Shown one piece after another: positions 29,700 to 38,367 of a DNA stretch of 64,000 nt. The notes beneath the pieces are model-generated. The model was not told the DNA's origin and did no database searches. It saw nothing but the letters and a program-made list of their open reading frames with translations. Position 1 is the stretch's first letter. Each line of letters starts with the position of its first letter. The DNA comes from Alphaproteobacteria bacterium (GTDB taxonomy: Bacteria; Pseudomonadota; Alphaproteobacteria; UBA828): the NCBI GenBank assembly GCA_965237415.1, contig CBDEFM010000002.1:480001-544000 (forward strand), in the 5' to 3' direction. A program made the position numbers and the translations under genes.

Positions 29700-30416
29700 A
29701 TGGGCGAGAGCGATCGCGGCAACGTCAAAGAGGGGTGGAGCGCCTGGTGGAGCTTCGCGCGCATTCCAGAGTTCCCGGTCGAGGCGGACAAGATAGCCCT
29801 GATCGTCATCGACATGACCTACCAGCAGGCACACCGGGACTACGGCCTTTGCAAGCGGATCATCGAGGCGGGCCTCGAAGACGACCTCTCCTACTACCTC
29901 GACCGCATCGACCGCGTGGTGGTGCCCAACCTCGTGCAGCTCATCGCGGCGTTCCGGGCGCATAGGGCGCCGGTGATCTACACGCGCTGCGCCTCGCTGG
30001 TGGGCGACGGCTCGGACCAGACCTGGCGCCACCGTCATTTCGGTGTCGTCACGACTGTCGACTCGAAGGACGCACAGATCCTTGCGCCGCTCGTGCCGCA
30101 AGAGGGCGACATCATGCTGACCAAGAGCGGCTCGGCGGTCTTCCCCTCGACCAATTGCGAGCATCTTCTGCGTGTCAAGGGAATCACCACCATCGTGGTG
30201 AGCGGGATCTTCACCAACAGCTGCGTCGAGGGCACAATTCGGCTCGCGGGCGACCTCGACTTCCGCTGCCTGATGCCCGAAGACTCCTGCGCCGCGATGT
30301 CGCCGAGCGGCCACGCCAACGCGGTCGAATATCTCGACGGCAACTTTTGTCATGTAAGGCCTACGGCGGAGATCATCCGCCTGCTGGGTGAGGGGCAGGG
30401 CGCGGCCGCCGCTTAG
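29700..30416 (+). CDS. Isochorismatase-family cysteine hydrolase
   Basis: ALIVIDM, K.GSAVF, GIFTNSCVEGT (Asp-Lys-Cys triad). Confidence 0.88.
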   Translation: MGESDRGNVKEGWSAWWSFARIPEFPVEADKIALIVIDMTYQQAHRDYGLCKRIIEAGLEDDLSYYLDRIDRVVVPNLVQLIAAFRAHRAPVIYTRCASLVGDGSDQTWRHRHFGVVTTVDSKDAQILAPLVPQEGDIMLTKSGSAVFPSTNCEHLLRVKGITTIVVSGIFTNSCVEGTIRLAGDLDFRCLMPEDSCAAMSPSGHANAVEYLDGNFCHVRPTAEIIRLLGEGQGAAAA

Positions 30417-30418
30417 AA

Positions 30419-31591
30419 TCACGCCGTCTGCCGGATGACGCCGTCGCGGGCGAGCGCCCTGCATTCGGCCTCGTCGTAGCCGCTCTCGCGCAGGATCGCG
30501 GTGCTGTGCTGGCCGAGGGCAGGCGTCTCATGCGCGATCCTTCCGGGTTCCTCCCGGAACTTGATCGGGATGCCGAGGTGGGAGGCGCCATCGCTGTCCC
30601 GTTCGCGCATGCCGCGCGCGGCGAGGTGGGGATCGTCGAATGCTTCCTTGAGGTCGAGGACCGGCGCAAAGCAGATGTCGCGGCCATCGAACCAGGCGAC
30701 CCACTCGGCCTGGGTCCGCTGGGCAAAGGTCTCTTCGAGGAAGGCGTGAAGCGGCGCTTGCGCCGGGCCGGCGTGTTCGCGGCCGAGGGGGATCAGGTCG
30801 GGCCGTCCCACGCCTTCGAGGAAGTTGATGACGAATTTCATCTCGCCGCCGCCGAGGGTGATGTAGCGGCCGTCCTTGGTGCGGTAGGGGCGGTAGAACG
30901 CGGCGCCGCCCTGGGTGCGCTCGGCCGATGGGTCCGGCGCGCGGCCGTCGGCAAACACGCGGCCGGCCACATGCGCCGTCCATGACACCACCGTGTCGAA
31001 CATGGAAAGGTCCAGGTAGTCGCCGCGCCCGGTGGTCTGGCGGCGCAGCAGGGCCATGAGAATTCCCGCCAGCGCCATGAGCGAGCCCCCCATGTCGGAC
31101 GGCGGCAGGCACGCCATGGCCGGCTTGCCGTCGCCATCGACGCTGAGGCTGGCGATGCCGGCGAGCGCATTGACGCTGAGGTCGTGGGCCGGCCGGTCGC
31201 GGTAGGGTCCCGACTGGCCGAAGGCGGAGATGGAGGCGTAGACGATCTGCGGTGCGCGGGCGCACACGGCCTCGTAACCGATCCCGAGGCGGTCGACCAC
31301 GCCGGGACGGAACGTCTCGAGGATCACGTCGGCGGTCTCGGCGAGGCGCATGAAGGCCTCGCGTCCGGCCTCGCTCTTGAGATCGACCGCGAGGCTCCGC
31401 TTGCCCCGGTTGGCATTGCGGAAATAGACCGTGTGGCCGCCCTCGGCGGGCCCGATCACGCGCGCGGGATCGCCGCTCTTCGTGTCCTCGACCTTGATTA
31501 CGTCCGCGCCGTGATCGGCCATCATCATCGCCAGATGCGGACCCGGCAGAAACCGGGAGAGATCCAGCACCCTGATCCCTTCGAGCTTCAT
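30419..31591 (-). CDS. CaiB/BaiF family III CoA-transferase
   Basis: LEGIRVLDLS, GADVIKVE, NRGKRS, FRPGVVDRLG, PAHD, PALGQH. Confidence 0.93.
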   Translation of the reverse strand: MKLEGIRVLDLSRFLPGPHLAMMMADHGADVIKVEDTKSGDPARVIGPAEGGHTVYFRNANRGKRSLAVDLKSEAGREAFMRLAETADVILETFRPGVVDRLGIGYEAVCARAPQIVYASISAFGQSGPYRDRPAHDLSVNALAGIASLSVDGDGKPAMACLPPSDMGGSLMALAGILMALLRRQTTGRGDYLDLSMFDTVVSWTAHVAGRVFADGRAPDPSAERTQGGAAFYRPYRTKDGRYITLGGGEMKFVINFLEGVGRPDLIPLGREHAGPAQAPLHAFLEETFAQRTQAEWVAWFDGRDICFAPVLDLKEAFDDPHLAARGMRERDSDGASHLGIPIKFREEPGRIAHETPALGQHSTAILRESGYDEAECRALARDGVIRQTA

Positions 31592-31776
31592 GGGTCGCCT
31601 CCGTGCTCTCGTTCGCTTTCGGTAGGCGCCGACATACCCCGTGGCCGCCGCCCGCGCCATAGCGCCGGAGCCCATTTCCAAGCACTCGGGCGGAGGTGAA
31701 GGCATGTCATTGGCCGGGCGCGGAACGTGCCGGTATGGTCTGCTCCGATCGCGCACCGAGTCGCCCGGGGGACGTC

Positions 31777-33186
31777 GTGCATGGACTCGCGGAATCGCTC
31801 GCCGTCTATTTCGAGCGGCGGATGGCCCGCATCCTCCTTCTCGGGATCATCAGCGGCTTCCCCTGGGTCCTCATCGGGAGCAGCCTCACTCTCTGGCTGA
31901 CGGAGGACGGCCTCAGCCGCAGCACGATCGGCTGGGCCGGCCTCATCTTCGGCGTCTACGCGTTCAACTTTCTCTGGGCCCCGCTCATCGATCGTGTCCG
32001 GCTGCCGTGGCTTTCGCAGCGACTCGGCCAGCGGCGTGCCTGGATTCTCGTCCTTCAGGCCGCAGTGCTGGTGTGTCTCGTCATGTGGAGCGCGTTGGAC
32101 CCTTCCGAAAGCCTCGGTTCCGTCATTGCCGTCGGCCTCGCCATCGCCGTTGCCTCCGCGACTCAGGACATCGCCATCGACGCGCTCCGAATCGAGCAGA
32201 TCGGGAAGACGGAGGGCGAGGCGATGGCCGCCGGTGCTGCCGTTGCTGTCGTAGGCTGGTGGAGCGGCTTCAAGCTCGGCGGCATCGTCGCTCTGGAAAC
32301 GGCCGAGGGGTTCCAGAACGCAGGCATCGAGAACTACTGGCAGGCGACGTTTCTCGTGCTGGGCATCGTAGTCGTCCTCTGCAACGTCGGCCTCCTGTTC
32401 GTCCGCGAGGCCGCCTCGACGGAGCGTATCGCCGCCCAGGCCGAGGATGAGGAGCGAATCGCCGCCCGCCTGCGCATGTCCGGCCCGCTCGGGCGTGCCA
32501 CCGCCTGGCTCGGCGGCACGGCCGTGGCCCCCCTGATGCGCTTTTTCGTGAAGAACGGGGTCGCGATTGCCGCCGCGGTGCTGGGCTTCGTCTTCCTGTT
32601 CAAGATCGGCGAAGCCTTCATGGGGCGCATGTCGCTCGTCTTCTACACGGAGATTGGCTTCACCAAGTCGGACATCGCGCTCTACTCCAAGGGCCTCGGC
32701 TGGATCGTTACCGTGGCGTTCACGGTGCTGGGCGGCCTCGTCGCGATCCGGATCGGCCTTGTGCGGGCCATGTTCGTCTCCGGGATCGCCATGGCGCTCA
32801 CCAATCTCATGTTCGCCCTGCTGGCGTGGTCCGGAAAGTCGGAGGTGCTGTTCGCGGCGGCGGTCGTGATGGACGACCTCACGAGCGCGTTCGCAACGGT
32901 CACCTTCGTCGCCTTCATCTCGATGCTGGTGGACAGGACCTATACCGCCACCCAGTACGCGCTGCTCGCCTCGCTCGGCACTGCGGGCCGGACGCTCCTC
33001 GCCGCCTCCTCCGGCGAGTTGGTGGACTGGCTGGAGGGCGATTGGGGAACCTTCTTTGTGATCACGACGCTAATGGTGTTGCCCTCTCTGGTGTGCCTCT
33101 GGGCGATCCGCGCGAAGCTCCGCGACCTGCTGGCCGGCGTGCGGGTACGGCTGGTGGGAAAGGACGCGGAAGACGCGCCCGGCTAG
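31777..33186 (+). CDS. ampG: AmpG family muropeptide MFS permease
   Basis: LLGIISGFP, FLWAPLIDR, SATQDIAIDALRIE, YTATQYALL. Confidence 0.88.
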   Translation: MHGLAESLAVYFERRMARILLLGIISGFPWVLIGSSLTLWLTEDGLSRSTIGWAGLIFGVYAFNFLWAPLIDRVRLPWLSQRLGQRRAWILVLQAAVLVCLVMWSALDPSESLGSVIAVGLAIAVASATQDIAIDALRIEQIGKTEGEAMAAGAAVAVVGWWSGFKLGGIVALETAEGFQNAGIENYWQATFLVLGIVVVLCNVGLLFVREAASTERIAAQAEDEERIAARLRMSGPLGRATAWLGGTAVAPLMRFFVKNGVAIAAAVLGFVFLFKIGEAFMGRMSLVFYTEIGFTKSDIALYSKGLGWIVTVAFTVLGGLVAIRIGLVRAMFVSGIAMALTNLMFALLAWSGKSEVLFAAAVVMDDLTSAFATVTFVAFISMLVDRTYTATQYALLASLGTAGRTLLAASSGELVDWLEGDWGTFFVITTLMVLPSLVCLWAIRAKLRDLLAGVRVRLVGKDAEDAPG

Positions 33187-33528
33187 CCCGCACGTCTCGC
33201 CTCGGTCGCGGTCCGGCTCCCCGTTCCGCCTCGGGCAAGATTAATTGTTGTGCGGGATTCGCCGGGATTAAGTGGGATTAAGTGGGATAAATGGGATTCC
33301 GCGGGACAAGGTCGGGCACGCCGCGTCGCGCGTGCCTGAGTCGCGCACGCCTGAAAGGTCGTGCGCGCGGTACATAGGATCACGCGCGCCCGCATACTCC
33401 ACCTTCCGTGGCCTGCTCGCTCTCGCACTGCATGACCTATCCTGGCGCAGAAGCCCGGCGCCGTGCACCGCTCCATGGTCCGGGAAGTGGGGAGGGGGAG
33501 GCCCGGACCGTCATGAGAATTCCGGGCC
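33185..33528. mobile_element. Long MITE-like element with degenerate TIRs and internal (GGGATTAAGT)n array at 33264-33298
   Basis: Left end 23/33 and right end 26/33 identical to the TIRs of the 19700-19902 element; begins in the CTAG of the ampG stop codon. Confidence 0.65.
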
Positions 33529-33626
33529 AGCGGTGCGTTCGGAGCCGTTGCCCGCGGTTCGGCGTTGCGACAGACTCAGTTCATGCGCCCCCTTGGCAGA
33601 CGCTCTCGATCAAGGACGGCAGGCGG

Positions 33627-34319
33627 ATGAATAGAGAAGGAGACTGGGCTGAACTCCTCAGACCCTGTTCCGGCGTCATGAGGCGCTCGGCGCTCGTTCT
33701 ATTTGCCTTCTTGCTGGTTGCGCTACCGGCGCACGCCGAGCCGCTTGTGTTGGAGTGGCCATCGCCTGGCGACAGCGGGGACTGGGAGATCGAGGAATTC
33801 GAGGGCGAGACCCAGTACCGCGTCGTCGAGCTCGATGGGCGGCGTGTGCTCGAGGCCGACAGCGCTTCCACGGCGTCCAGCCTCTACCTCGAGAGGGAAA
33901 TCGATCTTATGGCGACGCCGATTCTGGAATGGAGCTGGCGCATCGAGAAGCCGCTCGCGGTCAGGGACGAGCGGATCAAGGACGGCGACGACTTCGCCGC
34001 CCGGGTCTATGTCGTCGCGCCCGGAGAGGGAATGTTCGGATTGCCGCGAGCGGTCAACTATGTGTGGGCAAATCGATCGGAGATCGGCGACGCCTGGCCC
34101 AACCCGTTCACCTCCAAAGTCATGATGGTCGCGGTCGATTCCGGCGATGGAGACGCCGGCACCTGGCGCACCCACAGACGGGATGTTCGTGCCGACTTCC
34201 GCCGCCTGTTCGGGATGGAGGTAGAGGAGCTCGAAGGCATTGCCGTCATGACGGATTCGGACAACTGCGGGCAGAGCGCCCGCGCCTGGTACGGCGAGAT
34301 CGCCTTTCACCCCGAATAG
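33627..34319 (+). CDS. DUF3047 family secreted protein
   Basis: Signal peptide; TPILEWSW, DDFAARVYV, NYVWAN, WPNPF, AVMTDSDN, WYGEI; start may be 33678. Confidence 0.85.
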   Translation: MNREGDWAELLRPCSGVMRRSALVLFAFLLVALPAHAEPLVLEWPSPGDSGDWEIEEFEGETQYRVVELDGRRVLEADSASTASSLYLEREIDLMATPILEWSWRIEKPLAVRDERIKDGDDFAARVYVVAPGEGMFGLPRAVNYVWANRSEIGDAWPNPFTSKVMMVAVDSGDGDAGTWRTHRRDVRADFRRLFGMEVEELEGIAVMTDSDNCGQSARAWYGEIAFHPE

Positions 34320-34356
34320 GCCGAACCGGCTCGGTCAGGGCGTGGGCGCGCGGCCG

Positions 34357-34926
34357 CTACCATCTGTGGTCATGACGATGCTGGTGCCGTTGAGGATGCA
34401 CGTACCGGGACTGCTCATGAACCCGCTGGCTGTGCCTCTGGCGATGCTGGTGCCGTTGAGGATGCACGTACCGGGGCTGCTCATGAAACCGCTGGCCGTG
34501 CCACTGGCGTTGATGGTGCCATTGAGGATGCACGTACCGGGGCTGCTGGTGCACCCGCTGGTGCCACTGGCGACGATGGTACCGCTGAGGATGCACGTAC
34601 CAGGGCTGCTGGCGAACCCGCTGGCGGTGCCACTGGCGTTGTTGGTGCGACGGCCGGTGATACCATCCCGCGTGGTGATGATGGGTGGTGAACTGACCAC
34701 CGTAGAGGGTTCCCAACACCGCGGCGATGCTGACCGCGGCCAAGCGGTCGTGCCTCTTGCCGGTTGTCGAACCGATCAATCCGCCGATGACGCCACCCAC
34801 GACCGCTCCCTCCCACGACCGTGCGTGATCGGCCCGAACGGATGTCGCCGCCATGGTCGAGCCGAGCACGATGGCAGTCGTGAGCGCAATTCCTCCGACG
34901 AGGCGCTGTTTCCAGCTCTGAATCAT
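34357..34926 (-). CDS. Secreted glycine-zipper protein with His/Gln/Arg-rich C-terminal tandem repeats
   Basis: GGAGG RBS 6 nt upstream; signal peptide ending VRA-D; GAVVGGVIGGLIG...AAVLGTLYGG zipper; four YVHPQ repeats. Confidence 0.8.
   Translation of the reverse strand: MIQSWKQRLVGGIALTTAIVLGSTMAATSVRADHARSWEGAVVGGVIGGLIGSTTGKRHDRLAAVSIAAVLGTLYGGQFTTHHHHAGWYHRPSHQQRQWHRQRVRQQPWYVHPQRYHRRQWHQRVHQQPRYVHPQWHHQRQWHGQRFHEQPRYVHPQRHQHRQRHSQRVHEQSRYVHPQRHQHRHDHRW
34377..34645 (-). repeat. Four tandem 63-66 bp coding repeats
   Basis: Core TGAGGATGCACGTACC occurs four times with in-frame unit lengths. Confidence 0.9.
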
Positions 34927-35055
34927 TGCCATCCTCCGATCTTGATTGCCAGCCTGCGAAGTGGCGCCCCATCCTATTGAGGTCGTCAGACGGGGTATCT
35001 TAGACATCGTTCGCAAGTAGCGATATAAAATCAAGAGATATGCCGTTTCGGCGAC

Positions 35056-35075
35056 GTAAAGAATTGTAAAGAATT
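35056..35075. promoter_or_regulatory. OmpR/CpxR-type direct repeat GTAAA-N5-GTAAA
   Basis: GTAAAGAATT twice in tandem in an AT-rich divergent intergenic region. Confidence 0.5.
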
Positions 35076-35366
35076 GTGTTTCATAAAGTACACTGACTGA
35101 CTTCGGCTCTTCCATAACCAAGACAGGAAAAACTCTGGCGACGCAGATTGCTGCGACGATCGAGACTCTGCCGATAGATTTCCGTAGCGCCGGCCTGCGG
35201 GAAGATGCCGGTGCGCTCCTCGACCGAATCACTCGCCACGTCTGTAGTCTGAAGACGAATTCCCAGAGCGGCTGGCTCGAGCAGGGTCGATCCTGCCGCC
35301 GGTGCCGGTCGGCTTGATCGGGGCGGTGGGCTGTGGTTGTTTGGCCGCAGCGTCCCCGGAGCTCCC

Positions 35367-36251
35367 ATGCAACTGCACCGCACCTATCTGTTCGCCCCCG
35401 GAAACCACCCGCGCAAGGTCGCCAAGGTCTTTGGCGCCGGCGCCGATGCCGTGATCCTCGACCTGGAAGACGCCGTCGCGGTGGCTGAGAAGGAAGCCAC
35501 TCGGGCGGTCGTCGTCGAGGCGCTGCAGGCACCCCGCGCCTGCCTCGGCTACGTGCGCGTGAACGGGCTCGACACAGACTATTGCTACGGCGACCTCCTG
35601 GCCGTCGTGACGGCCGGCGTGGACGGCGTCATGCTGCCCAAGGTCGAAGCGCCGAGCCAGCTGGAGACGGTGGACTGGCTGCTCTGCCAACTGGAGCGCG
35701 AACGGGGGCTGAATCAGGGCGCGATCGACCTGGTGCCGATCATCGAGACCGGCCCGGGCGTCGCCGCGGTTCAGGCAATTGCCGGTGCGAAGACGCGGGT
35801 GCGGCGGCTCTCCTTCGGCGCCGGCGACTACACCCGAGACATGGGGATGGTCTGGACCGGGGCCGAGGCCGAGCTCGCCCACGCCCGCGCGTGCACCGTG
35901 CTCGCCTCCCGCGTCGGCGGGTTGGAGGCGCCCATCGACACGGTCTTCATCGATATCGCGGACGCAGACAACCTGGAGCGTTCGGCCCAGACTGCGCTCA
36001 GCTTCGGCTTCCAGGGCAAGCTCTGCATCCACCCCAAGCAGGTGGAACCGGTAAACCGCGTGTTCACGCCGAGCGCCGACGCCGTGGCCCAGGCGGAGAA
36101 GCATGTCGCCGCCTTCAAGGAGGCAGAGGCTGCGGGTTCGGCGTCGATCCAGGTCGATGGCTACTTTGTTGACTATCCGATTTACGAGAAGGCCGAGCGC
36201 GTGCTGCGGATCGCCGATGCGGTCCGCCAGCGGGAAGCGCAGGCCGGTTGA
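35367..36251 (+). CDS. CitE/HpcH family (citryl/malyl-CoA lyase-like) protein
   Basis: RTYLFAPG, ILDLEDAV, VRVN, LPKVE, IIET, FGAGD, GKLCIHP.Q. Confidence 0.9.
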   Translation: MQLHRTYLFAPGNHPRKVAKVFGAGADAVILDLEDAVAVAEKEATRAVVVEALQAPRACLGYVRVNGLDTDYCYGDLLAVVTAGVDGVMLPKVEAPSQLETVDWLLCQLERERGLNQGAIDLVPIIETGPGVAAVQAIAGAKTRVRRLSFGAGDYTRDMGMVWTGAEAELAHARACTVLASRVGGLEAPIDTVFIDIADADNLERSAQTALSFGFQGKLCIHPKQVEPVNRVFTPSADAVAQAEKHVAAFKEAEAAGSASIQVDGYFVDYPIYEKAERVLRIADAVRQREAQAG

Positions 36252-36265
36252 GCGGAGGACGCGGT

Positions 36266-37813
36266 ATGTTGATGTCCGGCGAGGAATACCGGGAATCGCT
36301 GAGGCGCCTCGCGCCACGCGTCTATGTCAATGGCGATGAGGTCGCGTCCGTCGCCGACGAGCCGCGCTTCGGGCCGGGCGTGGCTGCGCTCGGGCTCACC
36401 TACGATTTCGCGCGCGACGAGCGCCACCGGCACGCGATGGTAGCGGTGGAGGAAAGCACCGGCGCCAAGGTCAACCGCTTCCTCCACATCAACCGCTCGA
36501 CCACCGACCAGCTCCACAAGCTGGAGGCGGTGCGCCTCGTCTGCCAGTACACCGGCTGCGCCCAGCGCTATCTGACTCAGGACGGGCTCAACGCGTTACA
36601 CCAGGCGACGTGGCGCATCGATCAGGAGACGGGCAGCGCCCTGCACGAGCGCTTCCTCGCCTATCTCCACCGCGTGCAGACGGAGGATCTCACCCTCGGC
36701 GTCGCCATGACCGACGGCAAGGGCGACCGCTCGCGCCGCCCCCATGCCCAGGCCGTGCGCGATTCTTACGTGCATATCACGCGGCGCCGACCCGACGGCA
36801 TCGTGATCCGGGGAGCAAAGGCGATCGTCACCGCCGCGCCCTATGTCCACGAGTATCTGGTTATGCCGTGCCGCAACATGACCGAGGACGACCGCGACTT
36901 CGCGCTCTGCTGCGCGGTGCCGGTGGATGCCGACGGCATCACCATCGTCGCGCGCCCGGCGGGCCGGCCGGGGGAGAAGGCGGCGAAATTCAGCGCCCGC
37001 TACGGCCAGTCCACCGGCGTGGTGATCTTCGACGACGTGTTCGTCCCGTGGGAGCGCGTGTTTCTCGCCGGCGAGTGGGAACACTCGCAGTTCCTGACCC
37101 AGGCCTACGCGACGCACCACCGGCATTCTTGCATCGGCGCGCGCGCGGGGTTCGGCGACCTCTTGATCGGCGCCGGCGTGCTGATGGCCGAGGCCAACGG
37201 CCTCGAAGTCGAGCACACGTCGCACCTGCGCGACCGCATGGTGGAGCTGATCAAGATCGTCGAGGGCTTTTACGCCTGCGGTGTCGCAAGCTCGGTTTAT
37301 GCAACGGCGGACGGCTCGGGCTGCGTCGAGCCCGATCGCGTCTTCGCCAACATCGGCAAGCTGCTGCTGTCGACACAGATCTACGACATGCACCGTATTG
37401 CCCACGAGGTCTCGGGCGGGCTGGTGGTGGCTCTGCCGGGGCCGGATGAGGACCACAATCCGGCGACCGCAGGCTCGCTCACCGAGATGCTGAAGGGGCG
37501 GGAGGACTTGCCCTATGGCGAGCGCATGGAGGTGGCGCGCCTGATCGAGGACCTGACCGCCTCCGGCACCGCCGGCTGGTACTCGGTCATCAGCCTGCAC
37601 GGCGGCGGCTCGCCGCAGGCGACGGGGCTCGAAATCTTCCGCAGCTATCCGATCGAGGACAAGGTGGCGCTGGTGGAGAAGCTGCTCGACCGGGGCGTGC
37701 TCGCCGACGAAAGCGGCGCCGAGAGCCGCGACCGCCAGCCGGGACGGTGCTGTCCCGTCGGTTGCAAGGAGCCGGAAGAGGCGCCGGCGCCAGCGAAACG
37801 CATCGTAAACTGA
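36266..37813 (+). CDS. 4-hydroxybutyryl-CoA dehydratase / 4-hydroxyphenylacetate 3-hydroxylase family protein
   Basis: EEYRESL, VNRF.HI, AMTDGKGDRS, IRGAKA, FDDVFVPWERVF, LHGGGSP. Confidence 0.88.
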   Translation: MLMSGEEYRESLRRLAPRVYVNGDEVASVADEPRFGPGVAALGLTYDFARDERHRHAMVAVEESTGAKVNRFLHINRSTTDQLHKLEAVRLVCQYTGCAQRYLTQDGLNALHQATWRIDQETGSALHERFLAYLHRVQTEDLTLGVAMTDGKGDRSRRPHAQAVRDSYVHITRRRPDGIVIRGAKAIVTAAPYVHEYLVMPCRNMTEDDRDFALCCAVPVDADGITIVARPAGRPGEKAAKFSARYGQSTGVVIFDDVFVPWERVFLAGEWEHSQFLTQAYATHHRHSCIGARAGFGDLLIGAGVLMAEANGLEVEHTSHLRDRMVELIKIVEGFYACGVASSVYATADGSGCVEPDRVFANIGKLLLSTQIYDMHRIAHEVSGGLVVALPGPDEDHNPATAGSLTEMLKGREDLPYGERMEVARLIEDLTASGTAGWYSVISLHGGGSPQATGLEIFRSYPIEDKVALVEKLLDRGVLADESGAESRDRQPGRCCPVGCKEPEEAPAPAKRIVN

Positions 37814-37859
37814 ACCGACAACACGCCAAGGCCAGATCACGACGAAAGGGGAATTGAGT

Positions 37860-38348
37860 ATGTCCGTCGAGCAACGTCTTCAGCGCCTGGAGGATATCGA
37901 GGCGATCAAGCAGCTTATCGCGCGCTACGCCACGGCAGCAGACCACAATGCCGATCCGGCGATGATGGCGCCGTGCTTCACCGAGGACGCGGTCTGGAAC
38001 TGCGAGGGGATCGGCCGCTGGGAGGGGCGTGCTTCCATCGTCTCGGGCCTGCGCGAGGTCTCCACCACGCAGCTCTCTTGGGCGTTGCACTACATGACCC
38101 AGCCGATCATCGAGGTGGCGGACGACGGCCAGAGCGCCACGGGCGAGTACTATCTGTGGGAGCTCGCGAAGGCGGTGCAGGAGGATGGCGGGCCGGATCA
38201 GGACACCTGGATCGGCGGCTGGTACGAGTCCAAGTTCCGCAGGGAAGGCGGTGACTGGAAGTTCTGCCACATCGAGCTGATCCTGAAGCTGCTCAGCCCC
38301 GCCAACGCGCCTTCGTGGGAGACGCCGATCCCGCCCTGGAAGGGGTAG
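37860..38348 (+). CDS. SnoaL/NTF2-like protein (LinA/BaiE-like), paralog 1
   Basis: RLEDIEAIKQL.ARY...D, FTEDAVW, LHYMT, G.Y....RR..G.WKF. Confidence 0.88.
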   Translation: MSVEQRLQRLEDIEAIKQLIARYATAADHNADPAMMAPCFTEDAVWNCEGIGRWEGRASIVSGLREVSTTQLSWALHYMTQPIIEVADDGQSATGEYYLWELAKAVQEDGGPDQDTWIGGWYESKFRREGGDWKFCHIELILKLLSPANAPSWETPIPPWKG

Positions 38349-38367
38349 AACTGCGGAGGAGCGTGCA

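Noticed and set aside
34390-34605. HPQ as a streptavidin-binding (Strep-tag-like) biotin mimic
   Set aside because: A three-residue match with no avidin-like gene nearby; likely coincidence
34377-34645. CRISPR array (about 65-bp period with a conserved core)
   Set aside because: The intervening segments are homologous rather than unique spacers, unit lengths are multiples of 3 inside an ORF, and no cas genes are present
34342-34980. Plus-strand ORF with hydrophobic repeats (MLVPLRMHVPGLL)
   Set aside because: Antisense shadow; the minus-strand frame has an RBS, signal peptide and glycine zipper
36266-37813. Marker for 3HP/4HB or dicarboxylate/4HB carbon fixation
   Set aside because: Canonical Fe-S ligands are altered and no other cycle genes are clustered with it
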